Counted from the first letter of the stretch, positions 8,110 to 16,480 are shown. The stretch: DNA of 32,000 nucleotides from Candidatus Saccharimonadota bacterium (GCA_016699205.1 CP064964.1:720001-752000), one strand, 5' to 3'. Made by a program: numbers and translations. Notes: a model not told the origin generated them from the sequence alone.

Positions 8110-8535
8110 TCATCGAAGTCCGGGGGTGATCGAGAGGGTGGGAGAGGCGCCCCAGGCGTAGCCGAAGCCCATGCCTGGGGAAGCCGTTCATGTTCCAGCC
8201 CGCCATGCCGAATCCGCTCGTCTGCTGAAAGCAGGTCTGCTGGATGTCGGTCATCTCGGCCCAGTTGAGAACTCGGCCGGAGCGGTAGACGGGCATGAGT
8301 TGAGTGCGAACAGCGAGACAGCGCTCGTAGTCCGCGTCGGCCTCAAAATCCTCGTTGTACTCGGTGACGAGACCGCCGGCGTAGCTTGCGCTACGCATGG
8401 TGGTGTCGCCGCCCGGCCGCGTCGCGTGACGCTGGCCGTGTGGCTGCACCCCGAGATGCTATAGATGGCTACACCGATCAAGATGATCGGAAGCCACGAG
8501 ATCACGATCCAGAGACATCCTTCACGGTTGGGCAT
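8110..8535 (-). CDS. Hypothetical secreted protein or lipoprotein, two compensating frame breaks (cassette a)
   Basis: SD AAAGGAGGG then ATG 8535. Signal MPNREGCLWIVISWLPIILIGVAIYSISGC. The protein-like sequence continues in another frame (TTMRSASYAGGLVTEYNEDFEADADYERCLAVRTQLMPVYRSGRVLNWAEMTDIQQTCFQQTSGFGMAGWNMNGFP). It shifts again at the G4 run 8177-8180 to GMGFGYAWGASPTLSITPGLR, stop 8110-8112. That stop lies just upstream of the next gene's SD. Confidence 0.5.
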
Positions 8536-8624
8536 TTTCGCCCTCCTTTCTGTTAGACACACATGTTGTCCAAAGAACTTGTTGAGCTGTTTTGGCACCA
8601 TGCCTACTCCAACTCCAACGTAGT

Positions 8625-8653
8625 AATATAACATAAATAATGCCTTTTGTCAA
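8625..8653 (-). promoter_or_regulatory. Sigma70-type promoter of the minus-strand lipoprotein operon
   Basis: The minus strand reads TTGACA-17 nt-TATATT (-35 = 8648-8653, -10 = 8625-8630). It lies about 90 nt upstream of ATG 8535, in an AT-rich spacer. Confidence 0.7.
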
Positions 8654-8666
8654 GCTCATTATACTG

Positions 8667-8698
8667 TAAGGTTAGCCAAATAATCATGGCTAACCTTA
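8667..8698. promoter_or_regulatory. Perfect 11-bp inverted repeat between the divergent promoters (candidate operator)
   Basis: taaggttagcc (8667-8677), a 10-nt spacer, then ggctaacctta (8688-8698). It sits between the two -35 boxes. Confidence 0.45.
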
Positions 8699-8723
8699 GC
8701 AAAAATAAACGTGTTCACCTTTA

Positions 8724-8752
8724 TTGACAAAGGGGGCAATTTGTGCTATATT
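8724..8752 (+). promoter_or_regulatory. Sigma70-type promoter of the plus-strand operon of cassette a
   Basis: TTGACA (8724-8729), 17 nt, TATATT (8747-8752). These are the same hexamers and spacing as the divergent promoter. Confidence 0.7.
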
Positions 8753-8853
8753 ATTGTGTTCATTCTGGAGGATTGTCTCTTCCGGAATGGCGCTGTTTCA
8801 CAGCATGAGTTTGTAACAATCAACAGTTCCTCCGCCAAAAGCGGCGGAGAAAG

Positions 8854-9653
8854 GTGTCCCATGCCCCCAACGTGCCCCGTGTCGCCTCCTCGGGTCTCAG
8901 CAAGCTGTACCTCACTGAAGCATCCGGCTTCATTTCTGGACGGCTCGGCGAGCTCATCTTCAAGGCGGCTCCTCCTGCGCTCATCAGCAAGGCCGCGGGA
9001 ATGGTCCCCGATGGCATCCTCGATACGCCGGACCGTCAGAAGAGCTTCGCGTTCGCGCTCGGAATGTTTGCGCTTACGCTCTCCCAATCGGCGGCAGTCG
9101 CACAGGTCACGGAGAAGTTCTTGATTGAGTCGCTCGAGGAGCTCGCCCTGCGTAAGGGTGAGCTCGTCGGCAACGACGCCAAGAAAACGGCGATCATCAA
9201 GGATGTCTTCAACAAGCACGCTGCTCCGATCGACGCGTTGCGAGCAAGCATGTCCCGGGCGACGGCTCCTGGCCGGAACTTGTGGGACACGCTGGCCGTG
9301 CTCTCGGCGGACAAGCAGACCGCTTTCTGGGACTGGTTTCAGCTTCAGGAAGATGCCTTCCGCAAGGAGGTGCACGAGTCTGGTGCCGGAATCGTGGTGA
9401 GCGAAGAGCGTCTGCTCTCGTTCATCAGCGCGCCCGACAAGGTCAAGGCGGAATCGATGGAGCATCTGCTCAGGAAGAGCCCCAAGCTCGGACCGGGCAA
9501 GAGCGCTCTCGAGCGCTTCTTCGGAGACATCCGTGGCAAGGGGAAAAGTACCTCGAGCCGGATGGACCCGAGATGGTCGACTTCGCGACCAAGGCCACGG
9601 CCCGCGCCACCGATCGTAAGGATCGGGTGAAGGCTCGCAGCCGCATGTTCTGA
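8854..9653 (+). CDS. Hypothetical soluble, probably all-helical protein, frame-broken near its 3' end (cassette a)
   Basis: The high-GC3 frame runs from GTG 8854. Alternatively, ATG 8861 has better SD spacing if the C5 run at 8864-8868 carries an indel. At G4A4 (9540-9547) the plausible sequence moves to the -1 frame (...FFGDIRGKG / EKYLEPDGPEMVDFATKATARATDRKDRVKARSRMF, stop 9651-9653). No family recognised. Confidence 0.55.
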
Positions 9654-9751
9654 TCCATTGGCGTCCGCGCATCCTTTGTCCATGTTGGACGGGGATTGAG
9701 CGCGGACGTCATCCAACGATAAAGCGGGACATTGTCCCGAGAAGAGGGTTC

Positions 9752-11396
9752 ATGGACAAGCTCAAGGAAAGATCGTCGAGTGGGGAGAGGCTCTGCTCGC
9801 CCCGTTCATCCTGTTTCTCTACCGAGACCAGGTCTCGGCGCTCGCCAGCGATGTCTCGTCCTTCATGGTCGAGCATGTGCAGCTGGCGCGGATCTGGTGG
9901 AACTACAATCTGCCGGGCCGCGTTCGTCCGCTGCTGCTTCCCGTCCTCCTGATGACGATGCTCAGCTGGTTCGCCGGCTCGCTCGTCTTCTGGGGCATGC
10001 ATGTTCCGGAGGCGGGCTTCATCACCTACGTGTGCTGGACGGTTTGGAGCCTCGTGCTCGGAATCGTCATCCAGCGCGAGCGAGTGAAGCTCGGAAAGGT
10101 CAAGCCGATCACGCGTGCCGATCTCGAAAAGCTCGAGGCCGACACCGTGAACATGACCGATGCGGAAGCGCGTGCCGAGCGTGAGCAGCGCTTTGGTCCG
10201 ATGCGAGTCCTTGGACTTCGAGCCTTCGCGCTCGTGATCCTCGGATACTTGCTCATCGGCATCGGTCTCGCGCTCATGGGTAGCTTCTCCAACCTGGAGG
10301 GCAATCCCTGGCCCGTGACCGCACAGTTCATCCTGTTCGCGATCCTCGCGGCTTTCATCTCGCTCTTTGCAGCGATGCTGACGGCCGTGATCCTCGGTAC
10401 GGCGTTCCGCGTGGTCGGATCGATCGTGGTCGCCCTGTTCAAGGGCGGCTGGGACTCGGTTCTGACCATGCTGCCCAATGTCGAGGGGAAGAGGCCAAGG
10501 AGCTTCTGCCCAAGGATCTCGACAAGCAGCTCGCGCAGACGTGGAAGCTCTTCAAGGAATTCCTACTCAGCGCTCCCGGTGTCCTCATTCTTGGCGTGTT
10601 TGCGCTCGGGATTGTGTGGCATCACCCGCTCATCGTCTCGCTCCTGCTTCTGGCCTTCATCGGCCTCATGAGCACGACGACGTTTTCCATCGCGATGGGG
10701 AACGACGAGGCTCCGGCGCGCAAGCGTGCGGGCAAGATCGTCGCCTGGTTTTTCACCGGCGGCTTTCTCTACCGCTGTGCGGAGATGTGGTACTTCGGCC
10801 TCCCTGGAGGAACGTGGTACTGGAACTACGACAGCGTCGATTCGCCGCTCGCTCAGACGTGGAACCGAATCGTTCCTTGGTGGAATGGTTTCATGAACAT
10901 GAGCTGGTGGCAGGCGCTGCTCGTGGTCGCGGTTCTCGTGATCGCGATCATGTGCATCCTCAAGATGCCGGGTGGCAAGTGGTTCGAGCGTCTCAAGTAC
11001 GGACTGGTTGGCGTTTGCGGTGCTCTCATCGCGGCGACCATGATCGGCTTCATCGCGAACCGCGCTTCCGTGGATGCTTCGATCTCGACCATCGAGATCC
11101 CTGCGACTACGGAGAGCACTGACGCTACGACCGAAACGGCCGAGGCTCCGGCACATGTGCCCGACGCGATCGAACGGATGACGGGAACGGCGGAAGCGCC
11201 CACCCGGATTCCGCCGACCGCCCCGGTCGTGCCTGCAGCCGTGCCGGCGACTCACGTCGTCGAGCGCCGCTCTACGGAACGTGCAAGCGCTCCGTCTGCG
11301 GCCTCCGCCGATCCGTGCGAGAGCCTCGAGCGCTCGACCGGACTCACGGACCTGTTCCGTGAGAGCATGCGGCGCCGCTTCCACTGCGGCGGCTGA
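9752..11396 (+). CDS. Hypothetical polytopic membrane protein with Trp-rich loops and a Thr/Ala/Pro-rich tail; two frame breaks (cassette a)
   Basis: Three ORF segments (9752-, 9865-10671, 10596-11396) join into one protein if single bases are missing at A3 (9768-9770) and G4 (10485-10488). About 10 hydrophobic segments. Loops such as GGTWYWNYDSVDSPLAQTWNRIVPWWNGFMNMSWWQ. The start is uncertain; ATG 9865 is the alternative. Confidence 0.55.
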
Positions 11397-11433
11397 AACA
11401 ACGCACCTTCGTCCGCAAGGACACAATCTGATG

Positions 11434-11470
11434 AGCGCCCGTTCCAATTCTGGAGCGGGCGCTTTTCGTT
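11434..11470 (+). terminator. Rho-independent terminator closing cassette a
   Basis: agcgcccg, a 14-nt loop, then cgggcgct followed by TTTTCGTTT. Confidence 0.7.
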
Positions 11471-11488
11471 TCTGCTAAGATCTCGGAC

Positions 11489-12987
11489 ATGTTCAAGTGG
11501 CTCCGTTTTCCAGTTGCATTCTTTCTTGGCTCGGCCTGGTTCTCTTTGTTCCAGATCTGGGGTTCTTTTCCTGATCCGGATGCGTTTTATCATGCAAAAA
11601 TAGCCTCCTTGATGCTGGAGCGTGGGCCATTGCTGTCATTCCCGTGGCTGGATTTAACGGTGCTTCATTCTGGATTCAACGATCAGCATCTCTTGTTCCA
11701 TTATTTCTTGATGCCGTTTGTGAAATGGCTGGGGTTTTGCCGGGGCGCAGATTGCCGCTGTTGTGGCTGGAGGTCTATTTACGATGCTTGCCTTATGGGT
11801 GATTGAGAAGCTCTCGATACGTCATGCTTGGTTTTGGACCATCGTGATGATTGCCATGCCACCGATGATGACGAGGCTTTCTCTGGGTAAAGCATCGCCA
11901 TTTGCGATCGGGCTGTTTCTTTTGGGGATACTCGCCTGGAAAAAGAATACGCGCGTTTGGGCATTTTTAATCGGCGCTATTTATGCGTTCACGCATGGCG
12001 GCTGGCCATTGCTGATCGGTGCACAGATCGTTCTTTCAATGGGAATGTGGGTGTATGCGCGCTTTGTTAATGAAGAGCATGTTTGGCCTGATATGCGTAT
12101 CGCGATCGCGACATTGGGCGGGGGATTGTTTGGATCGTTTATTCATCCGAATTTTCCGGAGACCATTCCGTATCTTTGGGTTCAGATTTTTCAGATTGGT
12201 GTTGCGACGCCGATCGGACGGGTGATCATGGGAACGGAATGGTACCCATATGCGCCAATGGAGCTGCTTATGCATCTGTCATTGCTGATTGTGATCGGAT
12301 GTATTGCCGTTATTGGTTTTGTCAGGGCTCGTAAAAGCCAACTGGATGTTGTGCAGGCTTCATTTACGATTGGCTTGGGGTTACTTTCTGCGATTTTTTT
12401 GGCGCTTACGTTTAAGAGTGCGCGTTTTGTGGAGTATCTCGTTCCTGTTTCTGTTTTGTGGTTTGCAAGTTTGTTTCAGCAGATCGATGAGATGCAGCTC
12501 ATTGCTTCATTACGAAAATTGTTTCGGTATCTGCCGCATATTTTTGTGGTTGCGATGTTGTTTATCGTCGGTAAAGGCGCGATTGCGACGCGGCAGCAGC
12601 TGCGAGCGTCGGCTAAATCATTTACACGCTTTGAAAAATCGATACAGATTGTTTCTGATGAATTAAAACCAGGCGAACGATTGTTTCATTCCTGATTGGG
12701 GCCAGTTTCCTTTGCTGTGGAACAAGAATGATTCTTTGCGTTATGTCGCGGGACTTGATCCGGTGTTTTTATTGCAGGCTTCATCGACCTTATCTGATGC
12801 GTATACCGATTTGACTCTTGGAAAAAATACATCGACCGCCTTTGAAGTCATTTCCGGACTATTTGATTCGCGCATGGTTCTTGTTGAACGGAAGCCTGGT
12901 CAGAAGCTGGAGGAGATTTTGAAAAATGATCTGCGCTTCCAACAAGTGTATGCCGATGAAGAGGCCGTGATCTTTCGTTTGAAGTAA
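11489..12987 (+). CDS. GT-C-fold membrane glycosyltransferase-like protein (ArnT/PMT/STT3-like), split into three ORFs by two +1 frame breaks
   Basis: The segments 11489-11806, 11763-12695 and 12712-12987 read continuously if one base is removed near 11731-11738 (ctggggtttt) and one near 12688-12693 (cattcctga gives ...FHSDWGQFPLLWN). First-loop motif FPDPDAFYHAK. More than 10 TM segments and a soluble C-terminal domain. Family assignment is by motif and topology only. Confidence 0.55.
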
Positions 12988-13142
12988 CTTATCCACCGAG
13001 GGCATTTGACTCGGTCGGACGGTATGATAAGAAGTTTGGGTCAGTTCAGCACTTCACTCTCGCGAGAAACGTAATCATTCGTTTGTCGCGAGCGAGGGCC
13101 GAGCTCCTCGCGTTCGTCGGTTCCATGCTTGCCGACGAATAT

Positions 13143-13170
13143 AAAAACATCCCTTCATTGGGATGTTTTT
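13143..13170. terminator. Bidirectional rho-independent terminator
   Basis: aaaaacatccc-ttcatt-gggatgttttt: an 11-bp perfect stem with A and T tracts on either side. Confidence 0.7.
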
Positions 13171-13175
13171 AATTT

Positions 13176-13264
13176 GTCATTGCGAGGAGTCCGACGACGA
13201 AGCAATCTTGAGCGTAGGAGCGGGATCAAGATTGCTTCACCCGTTGCTACGGGTTCGCAATGAC
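13176..13264. repeat. ~89-nt nested palindromic element bounded by GTCATTGCGA...TCGCAATGAC
   Basis: Outer 10-bp perfect arms (13176-13185 and 13255-13264). Inner 13-bp perfect arms gaagcaatcttga/tcaagattgcttc (13199-13211 and 13226-13238). Its right arm supplies the last codons of the minus-strand ORF 13247-13483. Confidence 0.55.
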
Positions 13265-13483
13265 ATCATCAGGTTCATCATCTTTGAGGAGATCTTCCAG
13301 CGTCGGTTCACCCCAGAGATTGAATTCGCGTAGGGATTTGTCGATCAGATCTTCTGATTCATCGATGTCCATCATTTCATCGAGAATGCATTTATTAATC
13401 ATCTCGGCGCGGACCTCGGCTTTGGGGCGGACGGTTCCTGCCTCGTCAAAACACATGGCGCGGAGTTGCTCTTTAGTGATCAT
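13247..13483 (-). CDS. Small acidic hypothetical protein (78 aa)
   Basis: MITKEQLRAMCFDEAGTVRPKAEVRAEMINKCILDEMMDIDESEDLIDKSLREFNLWGEPTLEDLLKDDEPDDVIANP. It looks protein-like, whereas the opposite-strand ORF is Ser/Arg junk. No family recognised. Its start is only 10 nt from the divergent 13494 gene. Confidence 0.5.
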   Translation of the reverse strand: MITKEQLRAMCFDEAGTVRPKAEVRAEMINKCILDEMMDIDESEDLIDKSLREFNLWGEPTLEDLLKDDEPDDVIANP

Positions 13484-13493
13484 AGAGTAGGCT

Positions 13494-14714
13494 ATGGCTA
13501 GTATGAAGTCGTGGACAGCGTATTACAAGCAGGCGGCGACTTGGATGATTTGGGGACTGCCTTTGGCGCTTCCGTTGTATTTGGTTCGATTCAAGATTGG
13601 ACCGTTGCCGACGACGGTACTTGAAGCGTATTTATTGGTTTTGTTTGTTGCTGCGACATTGGGATTTGGAATTGGTATTTGGAAAAAGGGATGGAAGGAA
13701 ATAGGGGAGTGGAAATGGCCTGTCGCGTTATGGTCGATTGCGACGTTGGCGGCGGTGTTTTGGTCGCCATCGATCGTGACCGGGCTTGGATTGTGGCGGG
13801 CGTATGTTTTGGAACCGGTGCTCGTTTTTATTTTGTTGTTTGGATTGCGCGAGGTTGTTGATCGGAAGCGGATCGAGCAAGCGATGAGGCTGGTGATCAC
13901 GATCGTTGGCTTTTGGGCGATTTATCAGTTCATTACGGGGCAAGGGATTCCGAGTCCTTGGAATGTTTCGATCGCGGAAGGCAGGCGCGCGACGGGACCG
14001 TTTCCGTATCCGAATGCGCTCGCGTTATTTGTGGTGCCGATGGGAGCGTATCTCTTTGCTCGAGCCACCTCTCCCTCGGTCCCTCTCCTTCGTAAGGAGA
14101 GGGAGGATTGGTTGGGGTTAATTAGTTGGGCGATGGCGGGGCTCTCGGCGTTTCTTGCGAAGAGTGATGGGGGAATGTTGGCGCTCGCGTCTGCGACTTG
14201 GTTCGTTCTTTTTGCGCGAAAGGAGACGCGACGGGTGGCGATCGCTCTAGCTGTTGTTGGAGTTGTCTTGATCGCGCTTGTCGCGCCGCTTCGAAATGCT
14301 TTTATCGAACAGGCGACGTTCTCTGGGTGGTCGGGGAGAGTTCGGACTTGGACTTGGACGGAGACTTGGAACATGTTGAAGGATAGGCCGGTTTTGGGTG
14401 CAGGATTTGGCGGGTATCCGACGGTGTTTAAGCCGTATCATGAGAAGACGTTTATCGAGATATTCCAGTATCCACATACGATCGTTTTTAATGTGTGGAG
14501 CGAAGCGGGATTGGTCGGTTTGTTTGTCTTTGGATGGATTGTCGTGACGTGGGTGCGTCGAAGGGTTTCTTGGATAGCGATGGCGCCTCTTATCGCCATC
14601 TTGATTCATGGCTTGGTGGACGTCCCGTACTTCAAGAATGATCTTGCGATTGCGTTTTGGTTGTTGGCTTTTTTAGCGACCATTCAGCTTGACCGAGAGG
14701 CCATTCGTCGATAG
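13494..14714 (+). CDS. O-antigen ligase (Wzy_C)-like polytopic membrane protein
   Basis: 406 aa with about 10-12 hydrophobic segments. N-terminal ...RFKIGPLPTTVLEAYLLVLFV and loop ...DRPVLGAGFGGYPTVFKPYHE are typical of the O-antigen-ligase-like family. Confidence 0.65.
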   Translation: MASMKSWTAYYKQAATWMIWGLPLALPLYLVRFKIGPLPTTVLEAYLLVLFVAATLGFGIGIWKKGWKEIGEWKWPVALWSIATLAAVFWSPSIVTGLGLWRAYVLEPVLVFILLFGLREVVDRKRIEQAMRLVITIVGFWAIYQFITGQGIPSPWNVSIAEGRRATGPFPYPNALALFVVPMGAYLFARATSPSVPLLRKEREDWLGLISWAMAGLSAFLAKSDGGMLALASATWFVLFARKETRRVAIALAVVGVVLIALVAPLRNAFIEQATFSGWSGRVRTWTWTETWNMLKDRPVLGAGFGGYPTVFKPYHEKTFIEIFQYPHTIVFNVWSEAGLVGLFVFGWIVVTWVRRRVSWIAMAPLIAILIHGLVDVPYFKNDLAIAFWLLAFLATIQLDREAIRR

Positions 14715-14738
14715 TATCCTGCTGCCTATCGACCAAAT

Positions 14739-14828
14739 GGAGAGGTGGCAGAGTGGTCGAACGCGCTGGACTCGAAATCCAGTATAGCTTCACGGCTATC
14801 GAGGGTTCGAATCCCTCCCTCTCCGCCA
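14739..14828 (+). tRNA. tRNA-Ser (anticodon CGA), type II with long variable arm, CCA encoded
   Basis: Acceptor GGAGAGG/CCTCTCC. Anticodon stem-loop ctgga-CTCGAAA-tccag. Variable arm atagc/gctat. T arm gaggg-TTCGAAT-ccctc. Discriminator G plus CCA. The D stem has one A:C mismatch. Confidence 0.9.
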
Positions 14829-14865
14829 CGTAAAAACGACAGCCTCACGCTGTCGTTTTTACGTG
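14827..14865. terminator. 17-bp perfect-stem hairpin abutting the tRNA 3' end (bidirectional terminator)
   Basis: cacgtaaaaacgacagc-ctcac-gctgtcgtttttacgtg. Confidence 0.7.
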
Positions 14866-14957
14866 CCCCGTGATCCGAGTAGCAACGAGGATTTTACGGG
14901 GCTCCGTTGTGCTGTCGTTCACGTGGCGCAGCCAGCCGTCAATCGTGTTAGGATTGA

Positions 14958-15320
14958 ATGAATATGAAAGTAGTCGTCGATTTATTGGGGCTTAAGACCG
15001 AAAGGGACGTGCTTCTTAAGTTCGGAGAGGTTTTTGAGTTCGGAGGTCCTGACGGAAATATTCCGGCAAGAGGTAATGTGCATGGGATAGGATGGGGGTG
15101 CAATTGGGACGCGATGAATGATTCTCTATACTCACTTGAAGAAGGTGGTATTTGGGCAACGAGTAAGAAATTTAGTTTTCCATTGGAAATTGAGGTGACT
15201 AATTTTAAAGAATTTGAAGAGAATGATCCTAGGCGCTTTCAAACTCTTAAGGAAATCCTCGACGCTCATATCAATGAATATCAAAAGGAAGGAAAAGTCA
15301 TGTCAGTTACGTTTATTTAA
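14958..15320 (+). CDS. Barstar-like ribonuclease-inhibitor family protein (orphan; no barnase-like gene adjacent)
   Basis: 120 aa. The pattern VVDLLGLKTERDVLLKFGEVFEF...GWGCNWDAMNDSL...FPLEIEVTNFKEF aligns by eye with barstar (...[30 protein letters not shown]...YPLVLEWRQFEQ). Markedly A+T-rich (21/60 G+C at 15181-15240). Confidence 0.6.
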   Translation: MNMKVVVDLLGLKTERDVLLKFGEVFEFGGPDGNIPARGNVHGIGWGCNWDAMNDSLYSLEEGGIWATSKKFSFPLEIEVTNFKEFEENDPRRFQTLKEILDAHINEYQKEGKVMSVTFI

Positions 15321-15394
15321 AAATTTTTATGTAACAAATCGCCCGAAAGGTCGGTTTTCTTTTTTGTTATCGTCGTATTATGCTATCGATTGAT

Positions 15395-15646
15395 ATGACC
15401 CATACACTTCAAGGTAGCTGCGAAAGCTGCCTCATGCCTTTTTCCAAGGATCCAAAGGGCGCAAACCGTGAGCATGAAAAGTATTGCTCTTATTGCTATC
15501 GCGACGGCAAACTCGTTTACGACGGTAATGATCTCGCTGAGTTCAAGCGCGCGATGATTGACGCGATCGTTGCGAGAGGCGAACCGCGTTGGAAGGCAAG
15601 ATTTTTTGCCTTTATGGCTGGCTTCGCACCTCGTTGGAAAAAATAA
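15395..15646 (+). CDS. Putative zinc-ribbon domain protein
   Basis: CESCLMPF...EKYCSYCYRDGKLVYDGNDLAEFKRAMID matches the 'putative zinc ribbon' family layout (CxxC ... YCxxCY). The start is ATG 15395 or the track start 15380. Confidence 0.6.
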   Translation: MTHTLQGSCESCLMPFSKDPKGANREHEKYCSYCYRDGKLVYDGNDLAEFKRAMIDAIVARGEPRWKARFFAFMAGFAPRWKK

Positions 15647-15722
15647 ATATTATTTTTACTTCTATTTGATTTGAAGCGCCGTGGCTTACGGCGGTTTCAA
15701 AGCGATCGTACAGCGTTAAATG

Positions 15723-15749
15723 AAAAACCGCCCATGAGGGCGGTTTTTT
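15723..15749 (+). terminator. Rho-independent terminator
   Basis: aaaaaccgccc-atga-gggcggtttttt. Confidence 0.8.
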
Positions 15750-15778
15750 GTATTCTCGTGTACGATATCGCCATTGAT

Positions 15779-16480
15779 ATGGCCTCACTTGTTTTGGTTC
15801 GTCATGGGGAGTCCCGTTGGAATCTTTCGAATCGTTTCACAGGCTGGATCGATGTTCCGTTGAGTGAAAACGGTATTCGCGAGGCTCGCGCTTGTGCCAA
15901 GCATTGCGATGCATATGATTTTTCTGCGGCTTACACGTCCAAGCTTGAACGTGCTCACCTTACATTGTTTCTTTTGCTTGCGAATCAGAATCGCACAGGG
16001 ATTGTTCAGCACGAGCATGATGCGAAGTATTATCGCTGGACCAAGCATTCCAATGGGTATGGTACGAGCGAAATCCCGGTCTTTGAGAGTACGTCTTTGA
16101 ATGAACGTTATTATGGAGCGTTGCAGGGACTCGACAAGCAGCAGGCGGTAGAGCGATATGGCGCGGCAAAAGTTCTCGCGTGGCGCCGCGGGTATCATGC
16201 ACGTCCGCCGGGAGGGGGAGAAAGTCTTGAAGACACGTTAAATCGCGCACAGCCGTTTTTGGTGAAGCAGATTCTTCCTCGCGTGCGTAAAGGAGAGGAT
16301 GTGCTTGTGGTCGGGCATGGGAATACGCTTCGAACGGCCATCAAATATCTGGAGGGAATTAGTGACGATGACATCGCTTTTCTTGATCTGCCTAAGGCAC
16401 ATCCGCTTGTTTATACGTTTGTGCGCGGAAAGTGGAAGCGTACTTCCGGGGAATTTACGTTTCATCGACCGTTGCGATAG
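15779..16480 (+). CDS. gpmA: 2,3-bisphosphoglycerate-dependent phosphoglycerate mutase
   Basis: Starting from ATG 15779: MASLVLVRHGESRWNLSNRFTGWIDVPLSENG (RHGE histidine-phosphatase signature), then ...ERYYGALQG..., ...VVGHGNTLR. The track start at 15671 would run across the upstream terminator. Confidence 0.88.
   Translation: MASLVLVRHGESRWNLSNRFTGWIDVPLSENGIREARACAKHCDAYDFSAAYTSKLERAHLTLFLLLANQNRTGIVQHEHDAKYYRWTKHSNGYGTSEIPVFESTSLNERYYGALQGLDKQQAVERYGAAKVLAWRRGYHARPPGGGESLEDTLNRAQPFLVKQILPRVRKGEDVLVVGHGNTLRTAIKYLEGISDDDIAFLDLPKAHPLVYTFVRGKWKRTSGEFTFHRPLR

Noticed and set aside
8787-8816. 9-codon upstream ORF (MALFHSMSL) in the leader of the plus-strand cassette operon
   Set aside because: The only SD-like GGAGG is about 15 nt upstream of its ATG, which is too far. 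There is no other support.
8746-9672. 308-aa minus-strand ORF opposite the 8854-9653 gene
   Set aside because: It would start inside the downstream intergenic hairpin and run into the plus-strand promoter. Its composition (R/E/L/P-rich) and lower GC3 than the plus frame indicate a shadow ORF.
10563-11447. 294-aa minus-strand ORF opposite the polytopic membrane protein gene
   Set aside because: Arg-rich shadow ORF. The plus strand encodes coherent TM helices and ends at a terminator.
6570-11470. G+C-rich blocks as chimeric contig joins from a different organism
   Set aside because: All eight boundaries fall in intergenic spacers next to terminators. Some control elements overlap backbone genes (for example the -35 at 20190 contains the dsbB stop). 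Codon style also resembles the local ribosomal genes. Chimerism cannot be fully excluded without read data.
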